A program made the translations under genes and the position numbers. The notes beneath the pieces are model-generated. The model did not search any database. It saw nothing but the letters and a program-made list of their open reading frames with translations, and was not told the DNA's origin. A DNA stretch of 64,000 nucleotides, taken from Paraspadella gotoi (taxonomy: Eukaryota > Animalia > Chaetognatha). Below, in pieces: positions 25,636-40,200 of the stretch. Location: assembly GCA_051294375.1 (NCBI GenBank), contig CM119270.1, forward strand, positions 2,030,486 through 2,094,485. The letters run 5' to 3'. Within the stretch, counting starts at the first letter, position 1; the number at the start of each line of letters is the position of its first letter.

Positions 25636-27251
25636 TCTCTTACTCCTGTCATCTCCGCGTGGCGTCGCGTCATTCCACTCGCGCCTCAGTTGACGCGCGA
25701 TTCTCTCCGGGAGACGAGACAGGCGTCAGTAGGCGTCGGCAGGCGTCATCAGGCGTCGGCAAGCCCGGAGTGGAAACGCCTGTTGGGACGTTGATATGGC
25801 GATGGGAATAATGTCCTGAGCGTCGTTGTCAATTGCATGGTTGCAATTGTAGTCCTCGTAAAATCATTGTCGGCGTTTTGTCGGGGTTTTGATTGCCGTC
25901 GTTGTCATCATCATTGTCTCCGTTTTCTTTGCCGTTGTAATCGTCCTTGTTGTTGTCGTTGTCATCGTGATTTTTATTGTCGGCGTTTTTTCGCATGTCG
26001 TCATTGTCGTTATGATTGTCTCAATCCTGACAGTCGTTTTTTTGTCTTTGATTTGACTGACGTCAACTTAACCTTACCCTAGCAATTGTTAAACACTGAT
26101 ATAGCATTTAACAAGCTGTCAGTTTTAAATACCTCATTCATTTAAATGTATACCCGACGATCAAGAATCTATGATAGCTATCAAAGTGAACGTTTTAAAT
26201 TTTTCTTAAACTGAATCTGTACTAATTCGAATTTAAAATTCAGGGTGAGGGGGACCCGTCGTTCTCGGGTCCCCATAGCGATTTAGCCAACAAAAAAACC
26301 ATGAGAAGCAATCCTGTGAGAGGGGAGGGTGAGGGGCCCCCAAGTCCAGTCCCAAATATCACAAAATCTGGGACGTGTGTGACAGATTATCACGTGACGC
26401 GAATCTTGGGGTGGGGGAAACAAGTTTTTTTTCTTTTTCTCTCACGTAATCCTCGCATGCGTGAGTGAAATACACGAGCATCACGGACAACGGATGGACA
26501 AACAGGAGAAATAAGGATGAGAAGGAATGTGAGGGAAGAAGAAGAAGAAGATGGGTAACGTTTGAAGGAAGGAGACGAATAAATAAAGGGACGGGAAAGA
26601 CTAAGCGGAGAAGGAGAAAAGAAAAGAAAAATGTTTAGAATAGGTTGGAGTTCGGGGTTTAATACTAGTTTATAAGAATATAAAAAAAATTCATAAATTA
26701 TAAATAAGTCTCACTGAATTTAGTTATGGTTATGCGAAACATTTAATTTTTCATCGTCAACGAAAAAAATTCTCCATTGCTGAAGTGACTTAACCAAAGA
26801 TTACATAAGTAAAGTAAAGTAAACTAAAGTAAAGTAACAATTAATAAAAAGCAAGATATGTATAATTAAATAATATAGATTACATAGTAAAGACGATATA
26901 AAATATAAAAATGGAAAATAGCGAAACAAGTAATTTTGAAAATTGTGATAGAAGAAACTCACCCCCTGGAACTTTTTGCCTCACCCGCCAACTTCCTTCC
27001 AACCAAATCGACGAAAAAGGAGAACGACATCAGGCGGTGCCTGATACGACATTAGAACGCGCCTGATCCGACTCGCGAATGGCCGTCGAACCTACAGCGG
27101 GAGCCTGTTACGCCTTCGGGAGAAAGCGTACAGGGAGGAAAAATTTATCGCGAAAAAATAGACTAACTCGTAGTGAGGCGAGTCTTTTTCGAGGAAAAAA
27201 AAAGAATAACCGTTATGGAAGATTCATGCCCTCGATGTTGTAGTTGTTGTG

Positions 27252-27297
<46 letters not shown>

Positions 27298-27881
27298 TCG
27301 CTCGCGTTCCGAACTTGGGCTTTTCTCTCCCACATCGATGTCGTCGTAAGTCATTNNNNNNNNNNNNNNNNNNNNNNNNNNNNNNNNNNNNNNNNNNNNN
27401 NNNNNNNNNNNNNNNNNNNNNNNNNNNNNNNNNNNNNNNNNNNNNNNNNNNNNNNNNNNNNNNNNNNNNNNNNNNNNNNNNNNNNNNNNNNNNNNNNNNN
27501 NNNNNNNNNNNNNNNNNNNNNNNNNNNNNNNNNNNNNNNNNNNNNNNNNNNNNNNNNNNNNNNNNNNNNNNNNNNNNNNNNNNNNNNNNNNNNNNNNNNN
27601 NNNNNNNNNNNNNNNNNNNNNNNNNNNNNNNNNNNNNNNNNNNNNNNNNNNNNNNNNNNNNNNNNNNNNNNNNNNNNNNNNNNNNNNNNNNNNNNNNNNN
27701 NNNNNNNNNNNNNNNNNNNNNNNNNNNNNNNNNNNNNNNNNNNNNNNNNNNNNNNNNNNNNNNNNNNNNNNNNNNNNNNNNNNNNNNNNNNNNNNNNNNN
27801 NNNNNNNNNNTTTTTTTTTCACTTCAGTCATTTCCATCTTCGTCGTTGTCGTCGTCGTCATCTTCTTCTTCGTCGTCATCT

Positions 27882-27914
<33 letters not shown>

Positions 27915-28893
27915 ACGTTTACGCGAGGTTCGACAACCGCCAAAGGTCAAAAAGTCATGAAAAAGGTCGCGAAAAATTTACATCCTTCGCGATCATAAAG
28001 AAGAGAAATTGGGGATCATTTTCTTTAAGGGGAGAGGGTGCGATGAGGGCAAATAGGAATTTTTTGGTCGTTTTATAAAAAGAAGATGTGTTATATTTAA
28101 TAATTTTGGAGAGGTAAAGCTGTGCATTTGTATATTATATTCATCAACAAAGAATATTATTTGTTAAAAAAATCTTATCTTAATCTTATTTTAAAAAACG
28201 ACATGATGTATAATAATTAATACCGGTTACTTTGACCTTTCTTTAAAATAATTTTACACTTTTTCTTTAAACAAAGTATTGAACATACTATACCAATTTT
28301 AAGACCAATATTCCAATCCTCTAATCTTTTAAAATAGAAATTAAATAAATTTAATTAAATTGTAATTTTCCTTAGATTACCATAGAAAGAAAAAACAAGT
28401 TTTTAATGAAGTCAAAGATGAAGTCGATATTTTTTTATCGAAAAAAAAAATCTAAATGGATTTTCTTTCGTTTCATTTGACCGAATTCAGATTGAGGCCG
28501 CAAACAAAGGAACTGAGAAAGAGAGAGGGGGAGAGAAAGAAAGAGAGNNNNNNNNNNNNNNNNNNNNNNNNNNNNNNNNNNNNNNNNNNNNNNNNNNNNN
28601 NNNNNNNNNNNNNNNNNNNNNNNNNNNNNNNNNNNNNNNNNNNNNNNNNNNNNNNNNNNNNNNNNNNNNNNNNNNNNNNNNNNNNNNNNNNNNNNNNNNN
28701 NNNNNNNNNNNNNNNNNNNNNNNNNNNNNNNNNNNNNNNNNNNNNNNNNNNNNNNNNNNNNNNNNNNNNNNNNNNNNNNNNNNNNNNNNNNNNNNNNNNN
28801 NNNNNNNNNNNNNNNNNNNNNNNNNNNNNNNNNNNNNNNNNNNNNNNNNNNNNNNNNNNNNNNNNNNNNNNNNNNNNNNNNNNNNNNNNNNNN

Positions 28894-28928
<35 letters not shown>

Positions 28929-30272
28929 TAACACTTTTTTAATCAAGTCAGTTTCTTAAGGAAGGAAAGCAGTTTTCTTTGTTTTCCTGTTACCCTCGTT
29001 CGAAGACGAACTAATGAAATTTCTTAACTGCCCAATGTTAAATTTTAACGTTAAGTCTCAAGTTTCGCCTAAATAACGAATAACGACTTAATTCATTATA
29101 TTCTTCGTCTTGATTGTCGTCGTTGTCGTTGTCGTCGTCGTCGTCGTCGTACCCGTACTCACGTTCTTGTTTCCTTCTTAATATTTGATGCTTTTGTTGT
29201 TCGTCGTGAATTGCCTCCTGAAATTGCTTCTTTCTTTTTATTACTTTTTGTGCTTTTTTTTTTATTTCGAGCAGACGAATTTTTTCTTTAATGTTTTATC
29301 GGTTCAAGAGAAGTTTGACTTTTTTTTCCTTTCGTAATTTATTGCATAAATAACTAACTAAATAACGTTGCTTAGAAAAAGTTTAGAAAATTGTATATAT
29401 AGCTGTTGTTGTCTCATTACGAGTTACTCTATTAAATAAATGAACAACGTTATTAAAGAAGAGAAGTTAAAGAGGTAAATAAAAAAGCGGGCATCAATTC
29501 AATTAGATCTTGAGCCTGTGACTAAAAAGTACCTATTTCATCGTGGTCCTTGTTTTTAATCTAATTTTAAATTTTAACCCTAATTGTTCTTATTTCTCGA
29601 TACACATTAGTAAGCATTTATTACTAAGTTCGGCAACCTGCCTGTTATCCACATATATATTTTAATTTTATATAAATTTTTCGTTTCATTTGGATTTTTA
29701 ATTTTAAACTCAACTTTAATCTTAATTCTAATATTCATTTCAATTTCAACTTTAATTCTAATTTTGATTTCATTCATTGTTTCAATTTAACAATTTTGTG
29801 ATCTTGATGTTACGGAGTTGGCCCACTAAATTTTTGTTGTGTCATACTTCCATCGATTTCTTTCGGATTTTTGTGTCACAAATGATAATCTATCAGTCAT
29901 CCGACCTATCATCCGATCTATCAGTCATCCGACCTTCTCTCTCCCTTGGCCTCCGTCTGTGCCATAAATGCCGTCGATACCATTTCCACTTTTTCTTGAT
30001 GCCATCTTCCACTTCTTCCGCTTCCAATTTTCCCGCTTCCAATCCCACTACCGCTTCCAATTCTTCCGCTTCCAATTTTTCCGCTTCCCATCGCCCTCTC
30101 TCGCGACCCTCGGGTTTTCTGCGTCGCGCGTCGACTGAGTTATGCGTCCGCACTTAACCTCCTCCGCCCTCGGGGTTTTCTGCGTCACAGCCGATTAGGT
30201 TTTATGCGTACGCATTCGACGGAGCTGAGAAGCTCGGTGGAGAGATGGATCACGAGGCAGTCGTGAGATCGA

Positions 30273-32085
30273 AAAGATAGGGGAAGGTGAATTAGATAGG
30301 GAAAGGTGAGATGGGAAAAGTTGAATTAGATAGGGAAAGGTGAATTAGATAGGGAAAGGTGAGATGGGAAAAGGTGAATTAGATAGGGAAATTTGAATTA
30401 GATAGGAAAAGGTGAATTAGATAGGGAAAGGTGAGATAGGAAAAGGTGAATTAGATAGGGAAAGGTGAGATAGGAAAAGGTGAATTAGATAGGGAAAGGT
30501 GAATTAGATAAGAAAAGGTGAGATGGGAAAAGGTGAATTAGATAGGGAAAGGTGAATTCTATAGGGAAAGGTGAATTAAATAGGGAAAAGGTGAATTAGA
30601 TAGGGAAAGGTGAAATAGGCAAATGTGAATTAGATAGGGAAAGGTAAATTAGATAGGAAAAGGTGAATTAGATAGGGAAAGGTAAATTAGATAGGGAAAT
30701 GTTAATTAGATAGGATAAGGTGAGATAGGGAAAGGTGAGATAAGGAAAGGTGAATTAGATAGGAAAAAAGTGAATTAGATAGGGAAAAGGTGTATTAGAA
30801 AGGAAAAGGTGAGATAGGAAAAGATGAATTAGATAGGGAAAGGTGAATTAGATAGGGAAAGGTAAATTAGATAGGGAAAGATAAATTCGATAGGAAAAGG
30901 TGAATTAGATAGGGAAAGGTAAATTAGATAGGATAAGGTAAATTAGATAAAGAAAGGTGAATTAGATAGGGCAAGGTGAGATAGGAAAAGGTAAATTAGA
31001 TAGAGAAAGAAAATTAGATAGGGAAAGGTGAAATAGATAGGGAAAGGTGAATTAGATAGGATAAGGTGAATTAGATAAAGAAAGGTGAATTAGATAGGGC
31101 AAGGTGAGATAGGAAAATGTGAATTAGATAGGGAAAGGTGAATTAGATAGGATAAGGTGAATTAGATAAAGAAAGGTGAATTAGATAGGGCAAGGTGAGA
31201 TAGGAAAGGGTGAATTCGATAGGGAAAGGTGAATTAGATAGGGAAAGGTCAATTAGATAGGATAAGGTGAATTAGGTAAAGAAAGATGAATTAGATAGGG
31301 CAAGGTGAGATAGAAAAAGGTAAATTAGATAGGGAAAGGTGAATTAGATAGGAAAATGTGAATTAGATAGAATAAGGTGAATTAGATAAAGAAAGGTGAA
31401 TTAGTAGATAGCGGCAAAGGTGGGGATAGGAAAAGCCGTAAATTAGATAGGGAAAGGCTTGCAATTAGATAGAAAAGCGTTATATGTTAGATTATAGACA
31501 GGGATCGGTGAATTAGATAAAGATAAAGTGTGAATTATAGATAGCGGCCAAGGCCTCGGCAAGGCGTGCAGATAGGGAAAAGCTGAATTAGATAGGAAGG
31601 TGAATGGATAAAGGGGAAAGGTCTAATCTAGATAGATAAGTGTGAAGTTAGATAAAGAAAGGTGAATTAGATAGGGCAAGGTGATATAGGAAAAGGTAAA
31701 TTAGATTAGGAAAAGTTAATTAGATAGGAAAAGGTGAATTAGATAAGATAAGGTGAAATAGATAAAGAAAGGTGAATTAGATAGGGCAAGGTGAGATAGG
31801 AAAAGGTAAATTAGATAGGGAAAGGTGAATTAGATAGGGAAAGGTAAATTAGATAGGATAAGGTGAATTAGATAAATAAAGCTGAATTAGATAGGGCAAT
31901 GTGATATAGGAAAAGGTAAATTAGATAGGGAAAGGTGAATTAGATAGGAAAAGGTGAATTAGATAGGAAAAGGTGAATTAGATAAGATAAGGTGAATTAG
32001 ATAAAGAAAGGTGAATTAGATAGGGCAAGGTGAGATAGGAAAAGGTAAATTAGATAGGGAAAGGTGAATTAGATAGGATAAGGTT
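30273..32085. repeat. Satellite/minisatellite array, monomers GGTGAATTAGATAGGGAAA (19-20 bp) and GGTGAGATAGGAAAA (15 bp)
   Basis: About 1.8 kb of directly visible tandem monomers; a degraded second copy lies at ~38670-40560. Confidence 0.95.
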
Positions 32086-33112
32086 TGCTTCGAATGAAAA
32101 GAACCTTGCCATGTCAAAGTTGAAGAGATATAAAGTAATTGAACAATAAAATTAATAAAAAGAAAATAAATAAAATTTAAACAAATAACATATTATTAAA
32201 ACATAATTTTTTTCATTATATCCTCATTCGAGTTTCGCTTCACAAAGAAATTTGGCAGACAGCCATCGCTGAAATATTCCGGAGACGGGTGAATGGGAGA
32301 GAGAGAGAGAGANNNNNNNNNNNNNNNNNNNNNNNNNNNNNNNNNNNNNNNNNNNNNNNNNNNNNNNNNNNNNNNNNNNNNNNNNNNNNNNNNNNNNNNN
32401 NNNNNNNNNNNNNNNNNNNNNNNNNNNNNNNNNNNNNNNNNNNNNNNNNNNNNNNNNNNNNNNNNNNNNNNNNNNNNNNNNNNNNNNNNNNNNNNNNNNN
32501 NNNNNNNNNNNNNNNNNNNNNNNNNNNNNNNNNNNNNNNNNNNNNNNNNNNNNNNNNNNNNNNNNNNNNNNNNNNNNNNNNNNNNNNNNNNNNNNNNNNN
32601 NNNNNNNNNNNNNNNNNCGTCGTCGTCGTCGTCATCTTTCTTGTTCTCGTCGTTGTTATCGGAAACTTTTGTTCTTTCCTCGATGTCGTTGTCGTTGTCG
32701 TCTTTGTCGTTATCGTAATTTTGTCCTTCATGTCAAATAGTTTTTTTTTTCCTACCTTAATTCGGGGAATGGTATAATGGTGAAGACGACGACGACGACG
32801 ACGACGATTACGACGACGACGACGATAACGACGACGACAAAAGAGGCGACGTTTTCAAACGACGTCACCCGCCAAAGGAGAGAGACGATTCCTTTTAAAT
32901 TATATGACGTCAATAAAACGTCAACAAAGCGAATGACGACGACGAACGACGACGACGACGACGACGATGTCATAACGACGACGAAAACGACCTTGATGGT
33001 GAAACAAGGGAAACGAATATGACGACGATGACGACGAAACAACAGCAATGCTGGACTCTCTGTCGCTGGTGCTGTTGTGGATGAATGTTAACGACGACAA
33101 CGACGACGATGA

Positions 33113-33184
<72 letters not shown>

Positions 33185-33782
33185 CGATGACGATGATGAT
33201 GATGATGATGATGATGATGATAAAAATGGACAACAACGACGACGAAGATGAGACAACGAAGATAAAGTATCCTTAATAATAAATCCCACGTATTTAAAAT
33301 ATAAATACTAAAAATAATCAATTGAAGATACGGTTTTCTTTCGTGGAACTGATCGATTTTCATGAAAAGGAATAAGACGACGACGACGACGAAGATGACT
33401 AGGACATCATAAACGACGAAGATGACAACGACGATGACGGCAATGACAAAAACAACGGCGATTGGGACAACAACGACGAAGCAAAGGATGACGACGATGA
33501 CAACTCGGACGACAATGATGATGACACGACACGACGATGACTAAAACTAGGACAATGACATCAACTATTACGAAAACGACACTAAAAAGGTTAACGACCA
33601 TTAACAACAACAACGACGACAACAACAACAACCATAAGAGGCCAACCATTTCTTCGAGACTCGAGATGAAAAGGAATCCTGAGAATTTGATTCCTCGAGT
33701 CGTAAAAACCAGAGGACGAGCGAGAGTGAGGAATTTCGGTGAAAGAGGGCAGGTAGAAGAGAGAGGAGAAGAGAGAGAGAGA

Positions 33783-33837
<55 letters not shown>

Positions 33838-34385
33838 AGTCGATTGCAGTTGGGGAACGAAGGTGATAAGAGTATTTTTATTCGCCGTGAAATTAGGTGA
33901 AGAAAGATGTGATTCTTGATAGGAAGAGACGTTATGATGAGATGTGATATAAACAAGAAGAGGATGTGACAGTTGACGGTGAGAGATGAATGTAAAGTTT
34001 GAAGAAAAAATGGAAGATAGTGTTTCATTCCATCTAAAAGGCAAAGGAGCGGAAATTAGAAAAAAAGACAAATGATAATTAAGATGTGGTGAATGTGACG
34101 AGAGAATTAAGATGAAAAATGAAGTAAAGTCACTCGGAATGAAAACATGATCGCTTCATCCCATGTGTTGCGCCGCAGTGACTTTATTTTAATGAGTATT
34201 TCCCTTTGATCACATGACATGACATGACATGAAATGACAAGACATGAGAAAAAAATATTTCTAGCCCGTGTATTTATGACATGCGCTGCATCGAAATTCC
34301 GTCTTTAATTTCTTATAGTTTTAGGATTTTCTGAAGGCACCGCTAGCAGTCCCTTAGATTTGAGGTTTTTTACTGTCTTAACAAG

Positions 34386-35556
34386 GCATTTAACCAAGCT
34401 GTCCAGTTTTAAATAACCTCATTCTCATTAAATGTATAGCCGCGACGATAACGATCAAGAATCTATGTATACTATCAAGTGAACGTTTTAAATTTTTCTT
34501 AAACTGAAGTCCGACAGTAATTCGAATATAATTCATGGGTAGGGGGGACCCGTCGTTCTCGGTCGCCATAGCGATTATAGCGCAACAAAAAAACCATGAG
34601 AAGCAATCCTGTGAGAGGGAGGCGTGAGGGGCAGTCAGTCCCAAATATCACAAAATCTGGACGTGTGTGACAGATTATCACGTGACGCGAATCTGGGTGG
34701 GGAACAAGGGTTTTTTTCTTTTCTGCACGTAAATCCTCGCATGCCGTGAGTGAAATACACGAGCTATGGCAACGATGGACAAACAGGAGAAATAAGGAAT
34801 GAGAAGGAATGTGAGGGAAGAAAGAAGAAGAAAGATGGGTAACGTTTGAGGAAGAGACGAATAATAAAGGGACGGGAAAAGACTAAGCGGAGAAGCAGAC
34901 AAGAACAAGAAAAAATGTTTGAATAGGTTTGGAGTTCGGGTTTAATAGTGGTTATAAGAATATAAAAAAATTCATAAATTATAATAAGTTCACTGAATTA
35001 GTTATGGGTTATGCGACATTTAATTTTTCATCTGTCAACGAAAAATTCTTCGCATTGCTGAAGTGACTTAACCAAGATTACATAAGTAAAGTAAAGTAAA
35101 CTAAAGTAAAGTACAATTCATTAAAAAGCAAGATATGTATAATTAAATAATATAGGATACTATAGTAAAGACGAATAAAATTAAAAATGGAAAATAGCGA
35201 AACAAGTAAATTTGAAAATTGTGATAGAGATAAACTACCCCCTGGAACTTTTTTGCCTCACGCGGTTAAGACAACGCCCAACTTCTTTCGAACCAAATCG
35301 ACGAAAAAGAAGAACGGACATCAGCGGTGCCTGATACGACATTAAAAGCGCGCGCGCGAATCCGAATCTGTCTGAAATGGCCGTCGAACCTAACAGCGGA
35401 GCCTGTTACGGCGCCTTCGGGAGAAAGCGTACAGGGAGGAAAAATTTTCGCGAAAAAATAGAACTAACTCGTAGGTGAGGCGAGTCTTTTTCGAGGAAAA
35501 AAAAAAGAATAACCGTTATGGAAGGATTCATGCCCTCGATGTTGTAGTTGTTGTGG

Positions 35557-35589
<33 letters not shown>

Positions 35590-35675
35590 CGTCGTTGTCC
35601 GCTCTCTGTCTGTTCGAACTTGGGCTTTTTCCTTCTCTCCCACATCGATGTCGTCGTAAGTCATTCCACGAATGG

Positions 35676-35724
<49 letters not shown>

Positions 35725-37175
35725 TCTCGGTCCATCGTCTCTCTCTCCTTTCTCTTCTGCTCAAGGCGAGAGTGACAAAACCGTTGGTTTAAATCGTCCG
35801 CATCAATGATGTCTTCTATACGAATGTGTCGTCGTCATCAATCATCGAGTCGTCGTCTTCGGTCATAGTCATCGTCGTCGTCATCATCGTCGTCAATTGT
35901 CATCGGTCGTCGTCATCGTCATCTCACCGTCGTCAAAATCGTCGTCGTCATCGTCGTCTTCAAGTTCGTCGTCGTCCGTCCATCGTCGTGCGCCATTCGT
36001 CCGTCGTCCGTTGGCCATGTCCTGTGGTCTTTGCATTATTCATCTCCTTCAGGGTTTTTTTTTTTGCAACTTCAGTCATTTCCATCTTCGTCGTTTGTCG
36101 TCGTCGGGCATTTCTTCTCTTCGGTCGTCACCTTCCGGTCGTCGTCGTCCGTCGTCGTCACTTCGTCGTCGTCGTCGATCGCTCACGTAGTTTACGCGAG
36201 GTTCGACAAACCGCAAAAGGTCCAACAAAGTAAATGAAAATAAAGGTCGTCAAACAATTACTACCTTCGGGCGATACTGATGAAGAAGAGAATTGGGATC
36301 ATTTCTTTAAGGGGAGAAAAGGGTGCGATGAGGGCTAAATAGGAAGTTTTTTGGTCGTTTTTATAAAAAGAAGATGTGTTTATTTAATAATTTTGGAGAG
36401 GTAAAGCTGTGCATCTTGTTATATGATTCAATCAAACAAAGAATATTATGTTGTTAAAAAATCCCTTATCTTAAGATCTTATTTCTAAAAAAACGACATG
36501 ATGTAATAATAAATTGATATTACCCGGTTATGTCTTTGACCTTTTCTTTTACAAATAAGTTTTAACACTTTTTCTTTTAAGAACAAGTACTTGGCAATGC
36601 ACTACTATTACATCTCAAGCGACCAATTTTTAAGACCAAATATGTCCACATCCTCTAAATCTTTTAAAAATAGAAATTAAATGTAAATTTATTAATTGTA
36701 ATTTTCCTTTAGATTACCATAGAAAGAAAAAACAAGATTTTTAAATGAAGTCAAAGAATGAAGTCGATATTTTTTTATCGAAAAAATAAAAATCTATATG
36801 GATTTTCTTTCGTATTACAATTTGACGAAAAGATTCAGATTGAGGCGCCGCAAACCAAAGGAACTGAGAAAGAAGAGGGCGGAGAAGAACAGAAAGAGAG
36901 AGAAGGAGAAGGAGAAGAAGAGAGAGAGAGAGAGGAAGAGAGAGAGAGAAGAAGAGATGAAGAGAGAGAGAAGATTATCAGTAGAGAAGTAAAATACGCT
37001 CATTACTCGCTAGCGACAAGCAAGTGCGATAGTTTTTACTTAGCAATTGGTTCAGCCCAGCCTTGATTTTGCAATATTCACTCCGTGCCAAGATTACCGG
37101 CGGCCAATGCTTGCTTCTGGTAGTGCAGGGCAGATAAAAACTCAGGGAGTTGATAAGAAGAAAAGAAATGAGAGA

Positions 37176-37206
<31 letters not shown>

Positions 37207-40200
37207 CGAGAGAGAGAGAGAGAGAGAGGATGCAGAATAAAGACATAACACTTTTATTAATCAAGTCCAGTTTCTTAGGAGGAAAATGCAGTTTTCCTTT
37301 GTTTTCCTGTTACCGCTGCGTTCGAAAAGACGAACTAATGAAAATTTCTTTAACGTAGACTGCCCATGTTAAATTTCTAACGTTAAAGTTCTCATGTTTT
37401 CGCCTAAATAACGAATAACGACTTAAATTCATTATATTCTTCGTCTTGATTTGTCGTCGTTGTCAGTTGTCGTCGGGTCGTCGTCGTCCGTCGCGACCCG
37501 TACTCACGTTCTTGTTTGCCTTCTATATTTGATGCTTTTGTTGTTCGTCGTGAAATTGCCTCCTGAAAATTGCTTTTTTCTTTTTATTACTTGTTGTCGC
37601 TCTTTTTTTTTTATTTCGAGCAGGACGAATTTTTTCTTTAATGTTTTAAATCGGTTCAAGAGAAGTTTGCTTTTTTTTTCGCTTTCGTAAGTATTATTGC
37701 ATTTAAATAACTACTAATAACGTTGTAGAGAAAAGTTTAGAATGTGCTATATATAGCTGTTGTTGTCTCATTACCGAGTTACTGCTATTAAATACAATGA
37801 ACTAAACGTTACTTAAAGAAGAGAAGGTTTAAAGAGGTAATAAAAAAGCGGCATCTAATTGCAAATTAGAATCTTGAGCCTGTGACTAAAAAGTACCTAT
37901 TTTCATCGTGGTCCTTGTTTTTAATCTAATTTTAAATTTTATAACCCCTAATTGTTTCTTATTTATCGATAACACATAGTAAGCATTTATTACTAAGTTC
38001 GCGCAACCTGCCTGTTAACCACATATATATTTTAATTATAATAATTTTTCGTTCGTGTTGGATGTGTATTTTAAAAATCTCAAACTTTAATCTTAGATTC
38101 TATAATATTATCATTTCATTTCAAGTTTTAATTCTAATTTTGATATTCATTCATTTGTTTCAATTTAACAATTTTGTGAATGTCTTGATTCGTTACGGAG
38201 TTTGGCCCACTAAAATTTTTGTTGGTGTCATACTTCATCGATTTCTTATGGGATTTTTGTGTCACAGAATGATAATCATCATCATTTACTCCGACCTATA
38301 CATCGATCTATCAGTCATCCGACCCTTACTCTCCTCCCTTGCCATCCGTCTGTGCCATAATGCCATATGCGTCGATACCATTATTCCACTTTTTCTTGAT
38401 GCCACTCTCTCCACTTCTTCCGCCTTAACCAATTCCGTTATCCCCTCCACTTTTCCCGCTTTCCAATTTTTCCGCTTCGCATGCGCCGTCTCTCGCGACC
38501 CTCGGTTTTCTGCGTGTCGCGCTCGACTGAGTTATGCGTCCGATTAACACTCCTCGCCCTACGGGGTTTTCTGTGCGTCACAGCCGATTAGGGTTTTAAT
38601 GCGTACGCATCTCGACGGAGCCTGAGAAGCTCGGTGGAGAGATGGATCACGAGGCAGTCCGTGAGATCGAAAAGATAGGGGAGAGGTGAAATTGATAGGG
38701 AAGAGAGATGAGGAATTAGATTGGAAAGGGAATAGATAGAGTGAGATAATAAGATAGGGTAATTTTGAAAGATGGATAAGTGATAGATAGGGAAAGGTGA
38801 TGGATAGGAAAAGGTGAGATTGGGAAGGTGAATAGGGAAAGTATTATGAAGGTGATCAGAAGTGATTGATAGGAAGGTGAATTAGATAGGAAAAGGTGAG
38901 ATGGAAAGGTATAAGAGATAGAATTTGATGATAGGAAGGTGTAGATAGGGACAAGTGTGAGATAGGAAAAGGTGAATTAGATAGAAATAGTAGGAAAAGT
39001 GATGAATTAGATAGGAAGGTATTAAGATACGGGTGAGATGGGAAAGGTGAATTAGATAGGAATAGGTGAAATTCGTATAGGGAAAGGTGAATTAAACAAT
39101 AGGGAAAGGTGAATTAGATAGGGAAAGGTGAAATAGGCCAAATGTTGAATTAGATAGGGAAAGGTGAATTCAGATAGGAAAAGTGGAATCTAGATAGGAA
39201 AAGGTATTAGATAGGGTAAGTAAATTAATAGGCAAATTAATTGATGATAGGTGAGATAGGGAAAAGGTGAGATTAAGGAAAGGTGAATTAGATAGGAAAA
39301 AGTGAATTAGATAGGGTAATAAGGTGAATTAGAAAAGGAAAAGGTAGAGATATGGAAGAAATGAATTAGATAGGGAAAGGTGAATTAGATAGGGAAATGG
39401 TAAATTAAGATAGGGAAAGTAAATTAGATAGGAATAGAGTGAATTAGATAGACGAAAGCAGTAGATTAAGATAGGAGCAAGGTAGGATTAGAAGGATAAT
39501 AGATAGAGATTAGAAATAGATAGGAAGGTGGAAAATAGATATAGCAAGGTGGAATTAGACTGATGTGCACTATTGGTCAGATATGCTAGTATAGGCAACT
39601 TGGATATGTAGAAGGACTAAGATATGGAAAGATCGTGAATTAGCATATGGGGAAAAGGTGAAATTATGGAAGTGAATTGAGATGATTCAAGGTGAAACTT
39701 AGATAAAGAATAGGATGGAATTTAGATAGGGCAAGGTGAGATAGGAAAGGTATTGGATAATGTCAGAGATAGGGAAAGGTGGAGCGATATTCGAAAGAGA
39801 TAGATCGGAAGGCTCCATTGCGGTCGAGATGTGGAGCATTAGAAGAACAGCATGTAAGAGGCGCAAGGTAGATTATGATGAAAGTAATTAACATAGAAAT
39901 CTAATAGTAGAAAGGACAATAGTATGAAATAAATACAGGCTTGTTACTAAAGAGAATGAGAGCCAATGATTGAAAACACATATAATAATGTCTATTTGAG
40001 GGGTCTAAATTAGTAGAGTAAATCTAGTTCGATAAGGTATTGCCATTCAAAAGAAAAGTGATTGTATGTCGAAAGTACCGTATCGCTGAAAGTTAAGATT
40101 GGAGGAAAGGGTGAAAGGGTAGAATGAGAGAGTAGAGGGAGTAAGGAGGAGTGAGAGCAGAGAATGAGAAGATAGAAGGAGAGAACGGAGAGTGAATTTC

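Noticed and set aside
36994-37150. Unique-looking sequence inside the duplicated block
   Set aside because: Corresponds to an N gap in the clean copy and is too short and noisy to interpret.
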